Shown piece after piece: positions 9,643-19,810 of a stretch of DNA of 64,000 nt. The stretch comes from Rhodospirillaceae bacterium. Lineage in GTDB: Bacteria; Pseudomonadota; Alphaproteobacteria; UBA7887. The notes beneath the pieces were generated by a model that saw nothing but the letters and a program-made list of their open reading frames with translations, ran no database searches and was not told the DNA's origin. How positions within the stretch are numbered: position 1 is the stretch's first letter; each line of letters starts with the position of its first letter. A program made the translations under genes and the position numbers. The DNA is taken from NCBI GenBank assembly GCA_002728255.1, contig PBWV01000044.1:17927-81926 (forward strand), written 5' to 3'.

Positions 9643-10089
9643 CACACTTTCGATCTCTCACCACTTTTCAGAACATCCGTTGGATTTGATCGCCTAAACC
9701 ACCTTTTCGATGCTGCACTTCGTGTTGACGAGGACGCGTCCTTCCCACCATATAATATAGAGAAATTGGATGAAGAAAGTTACCGAATCTCAATCGCCAT
9801 AGCTGGATATGGCGAGGATGACGTCGAAGTACTTGTGAAGGAAAATTCTCTCTCTGTAAGCGGTAAAATAGGGAAAGAGAAACAGGGACCCTCCTACCTT
9901 TACAGGGGCATTGCGGGACGATCGTTTGTTCGTCGTTTCCAGTTAGCTGATCACATAAAAGTGACCAATGCGGACTTAAACAACGGCCTCTTGAATATTG
10001 ATCTGGTCAGGGAGTTACCAGAAGAAATGAGGCCAAAGCGCATCGCGATAAACACTAGCAAGACCCTAGGCTCAAGAAAGGCTGCTTAG
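9640..10089 (+). CDS. ibpA: Small heat shock protein Hsp20 (IbpA type)
   Basis: MHTFDLSPLFRTSVGFDRL, PPYNIEK, YLYRGIAGRSF, NGLLNIDL; SD GGAGG. Confidence 0.95.
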   Translation: MHTFDLSPLFRTSVGFDRLNHLFDAALRVDEDASFPPYNIEKLDEESYRISIAIAGYGEDDVEVLVKENSLSVSGKIGKEKQGPSYLYRGIAGRSFVRRFQLADHIKVTNADLNNGLLNIDLVRELPEEMRPKRIAINTSKTLGSRKAA

Positions 10090-10109
10090 CAACTCAAAAT
10101 CATGATGAA

Positions 10110-10153
10110 GGTAGCGGACATTTTCCTCTACTAGAGGGAGATGGTTCGCTACC
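10110..10153. terminator. Long hairpin between convergent ibpA and DUF1330 genes (possible bidirectional terminator)
   Basis: GGTAGCGGACATTTTCCTCT-ACT-AGAGGGAGATGGTTCGCTACC pairs over about 20 bp with G-U pairs and one bulge; no clear U-tract. Confidence 0.5.
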
Positions 10154-10439
10154 CGACCCCCTCCACAATAACCACCTCTCCTTCAGACGCTTTCTGACGC
10201 AACTCTATCAGAGGTGCATATTCGGCCGAGGTATACCAACGTCTTGCAGCTTCTTGGGAATCAAACTCGATCACAACTAAACGAGTTCGGGCAAGGGCTC
10301 CTTCCAGATTATCCATTGACCCACCACGAACAATGTAGCGGCCACCATAACGCTTAACTACAGCCGCAACTTGTTCTCCATATTTCTTAAAAAGATCAGG
10401 ATCAGTTATGTCAATCTGGGCTATAACATATGCTGACAT
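10149..10439 (-). CDS. DUF1330 domain protein
   Basis: MSAYVIAQ...YGGRYIVRGG...VVIEFDS...WYTSAEY pattern. Confidence 0.88.
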   Translation of the reverse strand: MSAYVIAQIDITDPDLFKKYGEQVAAVVKRYGGRYIVRGGSMDNLEGALARTRLVVIEFDSQEAARRWYTSAEYAPLIELRQKASEGEVVIVEGVG

Positions 10440-10518
10440 TAGCCTTCTTCCTTTCTTACTAAACCCCTTAAAAACAGCTTTATCACTCCCTAGGATGAAC
10501 ATCCTCTCCAAATAACCA

Positions 10519-12273
10519 TTAGCTCAGAGCACTAGAGCTCAAACACTCAAAAACATCGCCACCATCAGGGGAGAGATTCAAAACATGCTTCCGGTGCCAA
10601 AGTGCAAAGAAAAGCAATATCCAGGCCGCCTGCCCTGCCCTTTTCCCGGGATTCTTAAATAATGGCACTATGGTTCCTGGCCTACATATCTCTTTCACTC
10701 CTGGCTGAGCCGCTACCAATTCGCCAAGATTATTACCACCGGCCGCCATCCATTCCCTAACGGGTACAGTGAACCCCTTCTTCTTCGAAAACGCCCCAGC
10801 CCGAGGTAAGCGCCTAGATAGCCACTTCCGTAAAAGCCATTTCCCTAGGCCCCGTTGAAGTTTGGCCTCATCAGGAAGCCTAAAGGCAAAATCGGCCAGC
10901 ACCGGATCTAGGAATGGCGTTCTTCCCTCCAAACCGTGCGCCATCAGACACCGGTCTAATTTCAACAAAAGGTCATTGGGCAACCAATTTGCAAAATCTC
11001 GAGCCTGAATTCTCTGGAGATTTGTGGAGAAAGGGCCCTCATTGAACTCCTCGGAGAATGAAAAATCTACCCCTTCTATAAGTACACCTAGCCTATTGAA
11101 GAATGATTTAGGGGACCCACGTCCCCCCAACCAACGGGGTCTTAATTCTCGTCTATACCGACCATAGCCACCAAATAATTCATCTCCACCCTCCCCCGAT
11201 AACACAACCTTGACATCTTTCGCAGCATGACGCGCCAGAATATATGTAGGAACAATCGCATAATCCGCACACGGATCGTCCAAAGCGGCCGCAATGTTTG
11301 GTAATTCTCTCCAAAAATCATCACACGTTATTCTAACTTCCGAATAGGAAGCACCCACCGATTCAGAAATATTTCGGGCATGTTTGGTCTCATCAGTCAC
11401 CGAACTAGCATCAAATCCAGCCGTGTAAGTGATGACCGGATGGTCCTTTCGCCGCACCATCTCAGCTAAAATGCAGGCACTGTCTATACCTCCTGAAAAA
11501 AATAACCCATACGGCACATCGGATCGCTGATGGAATTCAATGCTCTCTGCAAGCTCTCGGTCAAGATCCCGCTCTAACTCGCTCAACGAAGAAACTAAAA
11601 TCGGAGAAGTTGGCAGAGCATGGTTTTGGCGACGCTCGACAATCTTCCCTTTTTCGACCACTATGATTTCTCCTGGAGACACCCTTTTAACTTTTGGAAA
11701 TATGGTTTCCACCCCAGGCACAAATTGTTTATTCAAGAGCCTAGAAACCAGAACTTTGGATATCCTTCTTTCCGCACATCCAGCCTTTAGCAATGCCTGC
11801 AGTTCAGAGGCGAAAAAGAACCCTTCGCTATCTTCCACAAAGTACAAAGGCTTTATACCAAAAGGATCCCTCGCTAAGACCAATCTCGCCCTTTGCTTAT
11901 CGTAAATCGCAAAAGCATACATCCCTCGCAAACGATTAACAAAGTCGAGACCATATCGTGCATAGAGATGCAAGGGAGGCTCGCAATCAGACTTAGACTT
12001 TAACTTCACGTTATTCATCTCAGAGATTATCTCACGATAATTGTATATTTCGGCGTTACCAATTAAGTAGTTCTCTCCATTATCACACATCGGTTGCTGT
12101 CCAGTTTCTAGGTCAATTATGGAAAGACGCCTATGGGCTAGCCCTACATTATCGAACAAAACTTTTCCCTCGGAATCGGGCCCCCTGTGCTCAAGAGCCG
12201 AAGACATGATTTCCAACTGAATTACAGATGGCTTGAGACCTTCCCTCATCATCATTCCAGCTATTCCACACAT
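10519..12273 (-). CDS. asnB: Asparagine synthase (glutamine-hydrolysing) family amidotransferase, probably glycan-amidating
   Basis: N-terminal MCGIAG, HRGPD, RDPFGIKPLY, FSGGIDS, SGEGGDELFGGY; lies in a glycosyltransferase operon. Confidence 0.9.
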   Translation of the reverse strand: MCGIAGMMMREGLKPSVIQLEIMSSALEHRGPDSEGKVLFDNVGLAHRRLSIIDLETGQQPMCDNGENYLIGNAEIYNYREIISEMNNVKLKSKSDCEPPLHLYARYGLDFVNRLRGMYAFAIYDKQRARLVLARDPFGIKPLYFVEDSEGFFFASELQALLKAGCAERRISKVLVSRLLNKQFVPGVETIFPKVKRVSPGEIIVVEKGKIVERRQNHALPTSPILVSSLSELERDLDRELAESIEFHQRSDVPYGLFFSGGIDSACILAEMVRRKDHPVITYTAGFDASSVTDETKHARNISESVGASYSEVRITCDDFWRELPNIAAALDDPCADYAIVPTYILARHAAKDVKVVLSGEGGDELFGGYGRYRRELRPRWLGGRGSPKSFFNRLGVLIEGVDFSFSEEFNEGPFSTNLQRIQARDFANWLPNDLLLKLDRCLMAHGLEGRTPFLDPVLADFAFRLPDEAKLQRGLGKWLLRKWLSRRLPRAGAFSKKKGFTVPVREWMAAGGNNLGELVAAQPGVKEICRPGTIVPLFKNPGKRAGQAAWILLFFALWHRKHVLNLSPDGGDVFECLSSSALS

Positions 12274-13301
12274 CACCGTCTCACCGACTCAAAAAACCGA
12301 AGATATTTTTTGACAACAACCTCCTCAGAAAAATTTTCTTGGTAGTTTCGCAACCCTTGTACCGAAAGCCTTGCACCCATATCACCATCAACCCTAGTTA
12401 CAGCATCGGCTATAGCTACGGGATTATTGACCTCACATAATAAACCATCCTTTTCATGTGAAATAAGTTCTCTTGGACCAGCTGATGCAGCCGCCACAAC
12501 TGGTACCTCATGGGCCCAGGATTCTATAATAACGTTCCCTAAGGGTTCCTTTCTGGATGGGCAAACCAAGACGTCTGCAGATGCTAGAAGAGAAGCAACA
12601 TCTCGTCTCCATCCCAAAAACCGAATCCGCTTTTCTATTCCAAGCTCTTTCGCCCGGACACGTAGAGACCTCTCCTCTGGCCCTGCTCCGGCTATCCAAA
12701 GCCAATGTTTTGGCAACATTTCCATGGATTCCAATAACACATCAAATGCTTTGTTAGCATGAAGCCGACCGAGACCTAAAACTAAGGGAACATCCTGCGG
12801 AGTGGCCAAGGTAGCTCTGTCTACCTCCTTAGATTTTTCTGGAGATACAAAATTTGGGAGATAATGCGTAGCGCTTTCTGGCCAACCTAGCTTACCAATA
12901 TACCCAACCATTCCCATAGTGTTACCAATGAGGTGATCACATTTTTCAAAATATTTAAGCTTATAATAGCCCCCCAACCGCGCCACATGAACTGGACCAC
13001 TTTCTGTCAAAGACCTAGAGCAGACCTCTGCCGCACGGCCCATCCAGCTCAACACCACATCCGGCTGCCATTCTCTAATTATTCTTCTCAAGGTGAACGG
13101 GGTCCGAAAATCCAGCCTTCGTCCAAAAGGAAGCAATTCCATATCCACTCCCTTTGCTTTCAATTCATTAACTCTATCGGGGTAAGCCCTGATAACTACT
13201 TTTTGACATATAGGCGTTTTTACAAATGCGGTGGCAAGCCTAACAAAAAACTCTTCTGCCCCACCCGTTTCGGCCCCACACATTACTTGCAAAACCTTCA
13301 C
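12273..13301 (-). CDS. GT4 family glycosyltransferase
   Basis: GGAE, LGRLHANKAFD, EPLGNVIIE (EX7E). Confidence 0.9.
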   Translation of the reverse strand: MKVLQVMCGAETGGAEEFFVRLATAFVKTPICQKVVIRAYPDRVNELKAKGVDMELLPFGRRLDFRTPFTLRRIIREWQPDVVLSWMGRAAEVCSRSLTESGPVHVARLGGYYKLKYFEKCDHLIGNTMGMVGYIGKLGWPESATHYLPNFVSPEKSKEVDRATLATPQDVPLVLGLGRLHANKAFDVLLESMEMLPKHWLWIAGAGPEERSLRVRAKELGIEKRIRFLGWRRDVASLLASADVLVCPSRKEPLGNVIIESWAHEVPVVAAASAGPRELISHEKDGLLCEVNNPVAIADAVTRVDGDMGARLSVQGLRNYQENFSEEVVVKKYLRFFESVRR

Positions 13302-14071
13302 TGAAGACCACCCCGACGCCTCAAATCGACCTTAAGATGCGAAATTAGCGGATAAAGGGCCGACATTAGGGCAACTGCAAATCCCCAACGTCCTTCCCGA
13401 TAGCCCCGCCTTAAGAAATAACATTTGATAAACCTTCCCAACGATCGTCGAAGTGTCCAAATCATTGGAGGATTTTGCGCCTCCGAGGCCAACAAATCGG
13501 CCGCGCGCGCGTCGGTATAACGCTTGAGCCTCTCCAGCATATCGTTGAAGTCCTTGTCAACATAATGGCTGATCGGATTTTTTAACCAACGTTTTTCCCC
13601 CAACAAACTCAAAGACGGGTGAATACGCTGGCGTCCCCAACGCTTTGCGCCTCGACTAGAAAGACGCGGCGCTGCCATCACACCCCAAGATCCTCCCCAT
13701 CCATATTTCACTAGCTTATCCCCTATGTAATTATCAAAAGGGACTAGAAAATAACCCGGGTCCGCTCCATCGATCACTTCTCTGATTTCTAGTAATAATT
13801 CATCTGATACTCGCTCATCTGCATCAACCTCTAATACCCACTCACCGCGACAAGAGTCCAAACCCAAGTTACGTCTCTCTCCCTCGATATCCCAGGATCC
13901 CTCAATTAAAAAGTCTGTGTAACGATTAGCAATCTCTCTAGACTTATCAGTGCAGCCATCCAGAACTACTACCAATTCATCCGCTGCCACTAAACGAGAA
14001 AGGCAGTCAGCCAACTGCCTCTCCTCATTATGAACAACCACCAGTACGGACAAACTAATTTCACTCTTCAT
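13298..14071 (-). CDS. GT2 family glycosyltransferase (WaaE/KdtX-like)
   Basis: VHNEE, LDGCTDKS, VDADERV, IHP motifs. Confidence 0.88.
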   Translation of the reverse strand: MKSEISLSVLVVVHNEERQLADCLSRLVAADELVVVLDGCTDKSREIANRYTDFLIEGSWDIEGERRNLGLDSCRGEWVLEVDADERVSDELLLEIREVIDGADPGYFLVPFDNYIGDKLVKYGWGGSWGVMAAPRLSSRGAKRWGRQRIHPSLSLLGEKRWLKNPISHYVDKDFNDMLERLKRYTDARAADLLASEAQNPPMIWTLRRSLGRFIKCYFLRRGYREGRWGFAVALMSALYPLISHLKVDLRRRGGLQ

Positions 14072-15036
14072 TTCTCGACAGCCCGCCTGTGCTGCCCCCA
14101 CAGAGTAATCGCAGCCTCTTCAACCTGATCCACACTCAAAGAAGACATCAAACTTCCGGTGTTACGATGATCGTAACCCGGTTCTCCTACTAATTCATCA
14201 TATGTTTTTGGAGTCCTGATCCAAGCGGATTTGGAGCCCCAAGGACCATAATGCGCTTCCTTACTGGGCCCAAATAATCCCAGGGTGGGGATACCAGAAG
14301 CTGCCGCCATATGCATCAACCCGGAATCGTTTCCGACAAACAACGAACTTCGTCTAAGTACCGCATAAGCCGTAAGAAGATCAATTTTTCCAACCAAATT
14401 TACACGTTTTTCCGCTGGAATTTTCTCTAGCACTATTTTGGAACGAGGCAGCTCTGCTTTGCTTCCCAAAATGACCACAGAGGCACCGGCAAGAATACCT
14501 CCGGGTTGGGTCAATCGAAAAGCCAACTCAGAAAATCTTTCAAGCTTCCATTCCTTTCCCTTCCAGTTGGCCATGGCCCCCAAGGCCAACACTTTTTGTT
14601 TCGGCTCAATAATTTTTTGGGCTGCCTCCTCTTGGCGATCAGAAGTCCACAGGAATGGAGATGGTGGCGATGACCGCATCCCCATCACGTCACCCAACTG
14701 CTGAACTCTGTGTATTGATGGATCAACCCGCCTCATAACGTACCGGCGCCGGGCAAACAACATTCTACTCACGGGAGAATTTCGTAGGTCCACTATAATA
14801 TCCCACTTAATACCTATACATATCTTCCACAGATCAAACCAATGAAGAGAGCAAACTTTCTTCTCCATGGCGACCAACTTTTTTAGACGAGGCATTTCCG
14901 AAAAAATTGGAGCAGCCGCTGGCCCACAGGCAATAGTGATATCTATGTTAGGATGTGATTGAATTAATTCCTTCAAAATACCAGTGGACAAAACTGCATC
15001 CCCTATCCGGGTAGAAGTGATGAAAAGTACCTTCAT
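14068..15036 (-). CDS. GT9 family (ADP-heptose:LPS heptosyltransferase-like) glycosyltransferase
   Basis: RIGDAVL, KEW, GNDSGLMHMAAA, LFGPS. Confidence 0.9.
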   Translation of the reverse strand: MKVLFITSTRIGDAVLSTGILKELIQSHPNIDITIACGPAAAPIFSEMPRLKKLVAMEKKVCSLHWFDLWKICIGIKWDIIVDLRNSPVSRMLFARRRYVMRRVDPSIHRVQQLGDVMGMRSSPPSPFLWTSDRQEEAAQKIIEPKQKVLALGAMANWKGKEWKLERFSELAFRLTQPGGILAGASVVILGSKAELPRSKIVLEKIPAEKRVNLVGKIDLLTAYAVLRRSSLFVGNDSGLMHMAAASGIPTLGLFGPSKEAHYGPWGSKSAWIRTPKTYDELVGEPGYDHRNTGSLMSSLSVDQVEEAAITLWGQHRRAVEK

Positions 15037-16064
15037 GAGAAAATCCGCTCTAGGTCGCTAGCCACATCATCCCAACTGCGCTTGGATTGCTCTTTCTTTG
15101 CAATCCTGCTCGCCTCCATAAAGAATTCATCATCATTTATTAGCCGGACAACCCGTTCCTTAAACACATCATCATCCACTGCGAGAAACCCTGTTTTATC
15201 ATTCAAAAGACGTTCCCCAACGCCCCCTAGATCACGACTTACCGCAGGAAGGCCTGAAGACTGACTATCACCTAGTGTAGGGCACACAAGATCCCGAGGA
15301 TCGCCTGGATACAAATGAGCCCTTGCAGCCCTGTAGACTTCTACCATCCGGATATCCGGAATCGGTTCAAAAATTTTGACACTAGAGTTGTGATTTTGCC
15401 CGGCCAACTGCAAAATTTCAGTTACCACCGGGTCCGGGACCTGGGTTCTTAACCCTCTAGACAACAGCGAGGAATAAACATGAAGTTCGGCATCAGGCAC
15501 CTGATTAGATATTTGCTCAAACCAAAGTCGCACCAACCAGCTCATTCCATTTCTGGGATGGGTTGTTACAACCACGCGTTTAGGAGAACTTGATGCCATT
15601 CCTCTTGATAATCTATAGCAGTCAAGGGTCGCAGGTGGAAGCATCTCAGCAGATCTTAACTGCAAAGAGTGCGGCACGGTGGAACTCTGACAAAGTGTCT
15701 GCAATAATAATATTGGCTGCCTGCTGTTCATCGCCTTCAAAGGATCTGGTTTTGCCAGATATCCTGCATGACCACCCACCCAAAGTGCTGCTTTTTCCGC
15801 TCTGGGCACATAAGACAAGAGAGTCGGCTTCCGATGTGCTATCAACCAGTCAGAGTATGTTGCTTTGCATGTTTCAATCGGCTGCCAACTCACTCCCTCA
15901 ACAACCACCCCTGACAAACATCGATTGAAAACTCGAACCGTGTGGCCACGTCTGGATAAGGCGGTGCTCAACGCCACCAATGCCTTCTCCCCGCCCCCAA
16001 TTGCCCGTTTGGAAGGACTTTGGCCATCAAAAGGCACCGAATCATCTAGGAAAGTAATCAACAT
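15033..16064 (-). CDS. GT4-like glycosyltransferase
   Basis: GGGEKALV N-terminus, GT-B C-terminal fold; DX7D where EX7E is usual. Confidence 0.75.
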   Translation of the reverse strand: MLITFLDDSVPFDGQSPSKRAIGGGEKALVALSTALSRRGHTVRVFNRCLSGVVVEGVSWQPIETCKATYSDWLIAHRKPTLLSYVPRAEKAALWVGGHAGYLAKPDPLKAMNSRQPILLLQTLCQSSTVPHSLQLRSAEMLPPATLDCYRLSRGMASSSPKRVVVTTHPRNGMSWLVRLWFEQISNQVPDAELHVYSSLLSRGLRTQVPDPVVTEILQLAGQNHNSSVKIFEPIPDIRMVEVYRAARAHLYPGDPRDLVCPTLGDSQSSGLPAVSRDLGGVGERLLNDKTGFLAVDDDVFKERVVRLINDDEFFMEASRIAKKEQSKRSWDDVASDLERIFS

Positions 16065-16176
16065 CAAGTCACTTATACGATGTTCCTTGCGGTTCTGCCA
16101 AGCAAAGGCTGAAGGCATAATTAGGAAGCCAAAGAAGAAGGTGTTATAATAACTTAGTGGCTTAAGGGCAGTTAAT

Positions 16177-17079
16177 ATGATTTTTTATGAGGTTTTATAC
16201 GATCGAGGGGTGGTAGCGGTTGAAGGTCCGGACGCACGAACTTTCCTTCAAGCTATGATCTCTAATGACGTTAATAATATTTCCCCTAGTACTTCAATTT
16301 ATGCCGCCATGTTGACGCCCCAAGGAAAATACCTTCACGATTTTGTGATTAGTCAAGTAGACCATAGGTTTCTTCTCGACACTGAACAAGGCCGCATATC
16401 GGACTTGGTTAACCGCCTTACCCTTTTTCGCCTTGGAGCAAAGGTTACAATCACGGCTATAAAGGAGGATACCCTGATAGCAGCCTTCTGGCGAAAAGCC
16501 AGCCCTCTCATTTTAGCCAGCGATCACAAACCCGGTCATACAACCACAATATCAGGTTGCTCCGTAGTATTAGATCCACGCCTTGCCGCGTTAGGATACA
16601 GAGTTATAGGAAGCAAACTTAATATAGAAAAATTTATCAGTCGCGAATTACCTGATTCTGCCACTAAGTCGAATTTTGATTCACACCGGTTGGAAAATGG
16701 AGTGCCAGACGGAAGTCGCGATATACAGGTAAACAAATCATTTCTTTTAGAGAGTAACTTTGAAGAGCTTAACGGAGTTGCTTTTGATAAGGGATGCTAT
16801 GTAGGGCAGGAAAATACCGCACGCCAAAAACACCGAGGCACAATCCGCCGAAGATTAGTAAAGGTAAATATTTCTGGTCCCGCTCCAGTAAATAATGAAA
16901 GAATTTTATGGAAGAACACGGAAATCGGCAAAATGAGATCTGTGAGAGATAACGTAGGAATGGCAACTATTCGCCTAGATCGTTGGACAGAAGCCAAAGC
17001 TCAAAATGCTGAATTCCGTGCAGGCTCCGCAATAGTGGTCCCCGTCCTCCCTAAGTGGATGGGCCTTGAAAATATGTAA
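16177..17079 (+). CDS. ygfZ: Folate-binding Fe-S repair/tRNA-modification protein YgfZ
   Basis: DRGVVAVEGPDARTFLQ, LTPQGK, KGCYVGQE signature. Confidence 0.93.
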   Translation: MIFYEVLYDRGVVAVEGPDARTFLQAMISNDVNNISPSTSIYAAMLTPQGKYLHDFVISQVDHRFLLDTEQGRISDLVNRLTLFRLGAKVTITAIKEDTLIAAFWRKASPLILASDHKPGHTTTISGCSVVLDPRLAALGYRVIGSKLNIEKFISRELPDSATKSNFDSHRLENGVPDGSRDIQVNKSFLLESNFEELNGVAFDKGCYVGQENTARQKHRGTIRRRLVKVNISGPAPVNNERILWKNTEIGKMRSVRDNVGMATIRLDRWTEAKAQNAEFRAGSAIVVPVLPKWMGLENM

Positions 17080-17114
17080 GCCATTGCCCTCAAGAACGGC
17101 AACATCGTTTTTCC

Positions 17115-19790
17115 CTAATCACCTTTAATAATTTCGCCGATCGACGTCTGGGCTGCAGCTAGTCTCGCGATAGGCACGCGGTACGCTGAACACGAAACGT
17201 AGTCCAAACCAATTTTATGACAAAAAGAAATAGAGCTAGGATCTCCCCCATGCTCGCCACATATACCTAGTTTGATATCCGGACGAGTTGTTCGACCGCG
17301 ATCCGTAGCTATTCGGATTAGCTCGCCAACTCCGTCCTCATCAATAGAAACAAATGGATCCTGCTCTACAATATTAGTCTCATGATATGTTGGAAGGAAA
17401 TGCCCTGAATCATCTCGGCTTATACCAAAGGTAGTCTGGGTTAAATCATTGGTGCCAAAACTAAAAAATTCTGCCTCCTTTGCCAGGGATCCTGCAAAAA
17501 GGCAAGCCCTCGGCAATTCCACCATTGTTCCAACTAAATAAGACAATTTCGTTTGAAGAGAATTCTCTATTTCCTTGGCTACAAGGTCAATCCGCGACCT
17601 AATAATCTTCAATTCAGCCTTGGTAGCAACCAGTGGGATCATTATTTCAAGATGGACTGGGTTCCCGCGCCTTTGCTTAACCTCCACCGCTGCCTCAAAA
17701 ATCGCCCGCGCCTGCATTTCATATATTTCCGGATGCGTTATTCCTAATCGGCAACCACGGTGACCTAACATAGGATTCAACTCGTGAAGTTGGGTAGCCC
17801 TGTTTCTTACAGCGACTTCCGTGCTGTCCGTTGACCTAGCAAACTCTGCGAATTCCGAATCAGTCTTAGGCAAGAATTCATGCAGCGGAGGATCTAACAA
17901 CCTTATAGTTACAGGCAATCCTTCCATAATCTCAAACAACTCTACAAAATCATTGCGCTGCATCGGTTGCACCTTTGCAAGTGCGCCTGACCTATCATGA
18001 CTATTCTTTGCCATTATCATTTCTCGCATGGCCGAAATTCTGGACGCATCGAAGAACATATGCTCCGTGCGACACAAACCTATCCCTTCTGCACCAAACT
18101 TTCGTGCAATAGCTGCATCTTCGGGTGTCTCAGCATTGGCCCTCACCTTAAGAGTCCGACACTCATCCACCCAAGCCATGAAAGTATCAAAATCTCCGCC
18201 CAGTTCGGGCTGGACTGTCGCAACTCGACCCTCCATGATCTCCCCAGTAGAACCATCTATAGTCATAGTTTCCCCAGATTTGATCGTTTTTCCTGCGACT
18301 ACTAGGGTCTTCGCAGAGTAATCTATTTGCACCTCACTGGCGCCACTTACGCAAGGACGCCCCATACCTCGAGCGACCACCGCCGCATGACTTGTCATAC
18401 CACCGCGAGCCGTTAAAATACCAACAGCCGCATGCATCCCGTGAATATCCTCTGGACTCGTTTCCACTCTGGCTAACAAGACTTTTTCACCAGCATGGGA
18501 CAGCCTCTCCGCCTCATCTGCCTCAAATACAAGCTTTCCAGTTGCCGCCCCTGGGGAGGCAGCCAAACCACGCGCGAGAACAACTCGTGAGGCGTCCGGG
18601 TCCAAAGTAGGATGCAATAATTGTTCCAGAGAAGAAGGTTCGATCCGCATCACTGCTTCCCGAGGCTCTATGAGCCCTTCTTTAGCCATAGCCACTGAAA
18701 CCTTAAGAGCTGCCTGTGCTGTTCTCTTTGCATTACGGGTCTGCAACATCCAAAGAAAACCCTTTTGAACAGTGAACTCAATATCTTGCATATCACGATA
18801 ATGGGCCTCTAGACTCGCACATACATTTTGCAGTTCCTGGTAAATCTCCGGCATGGCTTCCTCCATAGCCAAGCTTTCGACACCACCTCTCGACTTTTCC
18901 TTGAGGGTCAATGGCTGTGGTGTTCGTATACCAGCGACGACATCTTCCCCTTGGGCATTCACAAGGTATTCTCCATAAATTTCGTTATTGCCCGTGGAAG
19001 GGTCCCGCGTAAAGGCAACCCCAGTTGCACAGTCGTTCCCCATATTTCCGAAAACCATAGCTTGGACATTGACAGCCGTTCCCCAACTCTCTGGAATATT
19101 GTGCAACTTGCGATACGTTTTAGCTCGTTGGTTCATCCAACTACCAAACACAGCGCCAATGGCACCCCACAATTGCGCAAGCGGGTCTTGAGGAAATGGT
19201 TTTCCACATTGCCGTTCAATCTCAGCGGCATAGCTGGCTATTATTGCCTGCCAGTCTTCTGCCAGCATCTCAGTATCAAGGGATAAATTTCTCTGCTCTT
19301 TATAATCTTCTAATATATCCTCAAAATGATGATGGGCTACGCCTAACACAACGCTCCCGTACATTTGAATGAAGCGCCTGTAGCTGTCATAAGCAAACCG
19401 CCTATCCTTACTTTGCTCAGCCAAACCTTCGACTGTTTTATCATTTAGACCAAGGTTTAGTACGGTATCCATCATACCCGGCATAGAAGCTCTGCCGCCC
19501 GATCGTACAGATACTAAAAGTGGGTTTTCCGAGCTTCCAAATCTGGCCGAGACAGCATTTTCCACTTCTGAAAGAGCCGCTACTACCTGAGATTCAAGCC
19601 CTTCCGGATACTGCTCATTATTTTTATAAAAATTCGTGCATACTTCGGTGGTGATCGTAAAGCCGGGTGGAACAGGTAACCCTAAACTGCCCATTTCCGC
19701 TAGATTTGCACCTTTCCCGCCAAGAAGGTCGCGCATGCTCGCACTACCTTCTGCTGACCCCGAACTAAATGCATAGACCCACTTAATCAT
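17115..19790 (-). CDS. ppdK: Pyruvate, phosphate dikinase
   Basis: LLGGKGANL, GGMTSHAAVVARG phospho-His motif, FGTNDLTQ, GICGEHGG. Confidence 0.97.
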   Translation of the reverse strand: MIKWVYAFSSGSAEGSASMRDLLGGKGANLAEMGSLGLPVPPGFTITTEVCTNFYKNNEQYPEGLESQVVAALSEVENAVSARFGSSENPLLVSVRSGGRASMPGMMDTVLNLGLNDKTVEGLAEQSKDRRFAYDSYRRFIQMYGSVVLGVAHHHFEDILEDYKEQRNLSLDTEMLAEDWQAIIASYAAEIERQCGKPFPQDPLAQLWGAIGAVFGSWMNQRAKTYRKLHNIPESWGTAVNVQAMVFGNMGNDCATGVAFTRDPSTGNNEIYGEYLVNAQGEDVVAGIRTPQPLTLKEKSRGGVESLAMEEAMPEIYQELQNVCASLEAHYRDMQDIEFTVQKGFLWMLQTRNAKRTAQAALKVSVAMAKEGLIEPREAVMRIEPSSLEQLLHPTLDPDASRVVLARGLAASPGAATGKLVFEADEAERLSHAGEKVLLARVETSPEDIHGMHAAVGILTARGGMTSHAAVVARGMGRPCVSGASEVQIDYSAKTLVVAGKTIKSGETMTIDGSTGEIMEGRVATVQPELGGDFDTFMAWVDECRTLKVRANAETPEDAAIARKFGAEGIGLCRTEHMFFDASRISAMREMIMAKNSHDRSGALAKVQPMQRNDFVELFEIMEGLPVTIRLLDPPLHEFLPKTDSEFAEFARSTDSTEVAVRNRATQLHELNPMLGHRGCRLGITHPEIYEMQARAIFEAAVEVKQRRGNPVHLEIMIPLVATKAELKIIRSRIDLVAKEIENSLQTKLSYLVGTMVELPRACLFAGSLAKEAEFFSFGTNDLTQTTFGISRDDSGHFLPTYHETNIVEQDPFVSIDEDGVGELIRIATDRGRTTRPDIKLGICGEHGGDPSSISFCHKIGLDYVSCSAYRVPIARLAAAQTSIGEIIKGD

Positions 19791-19810
19791 AGATTGCCCC
19801 ATACCCGAGC

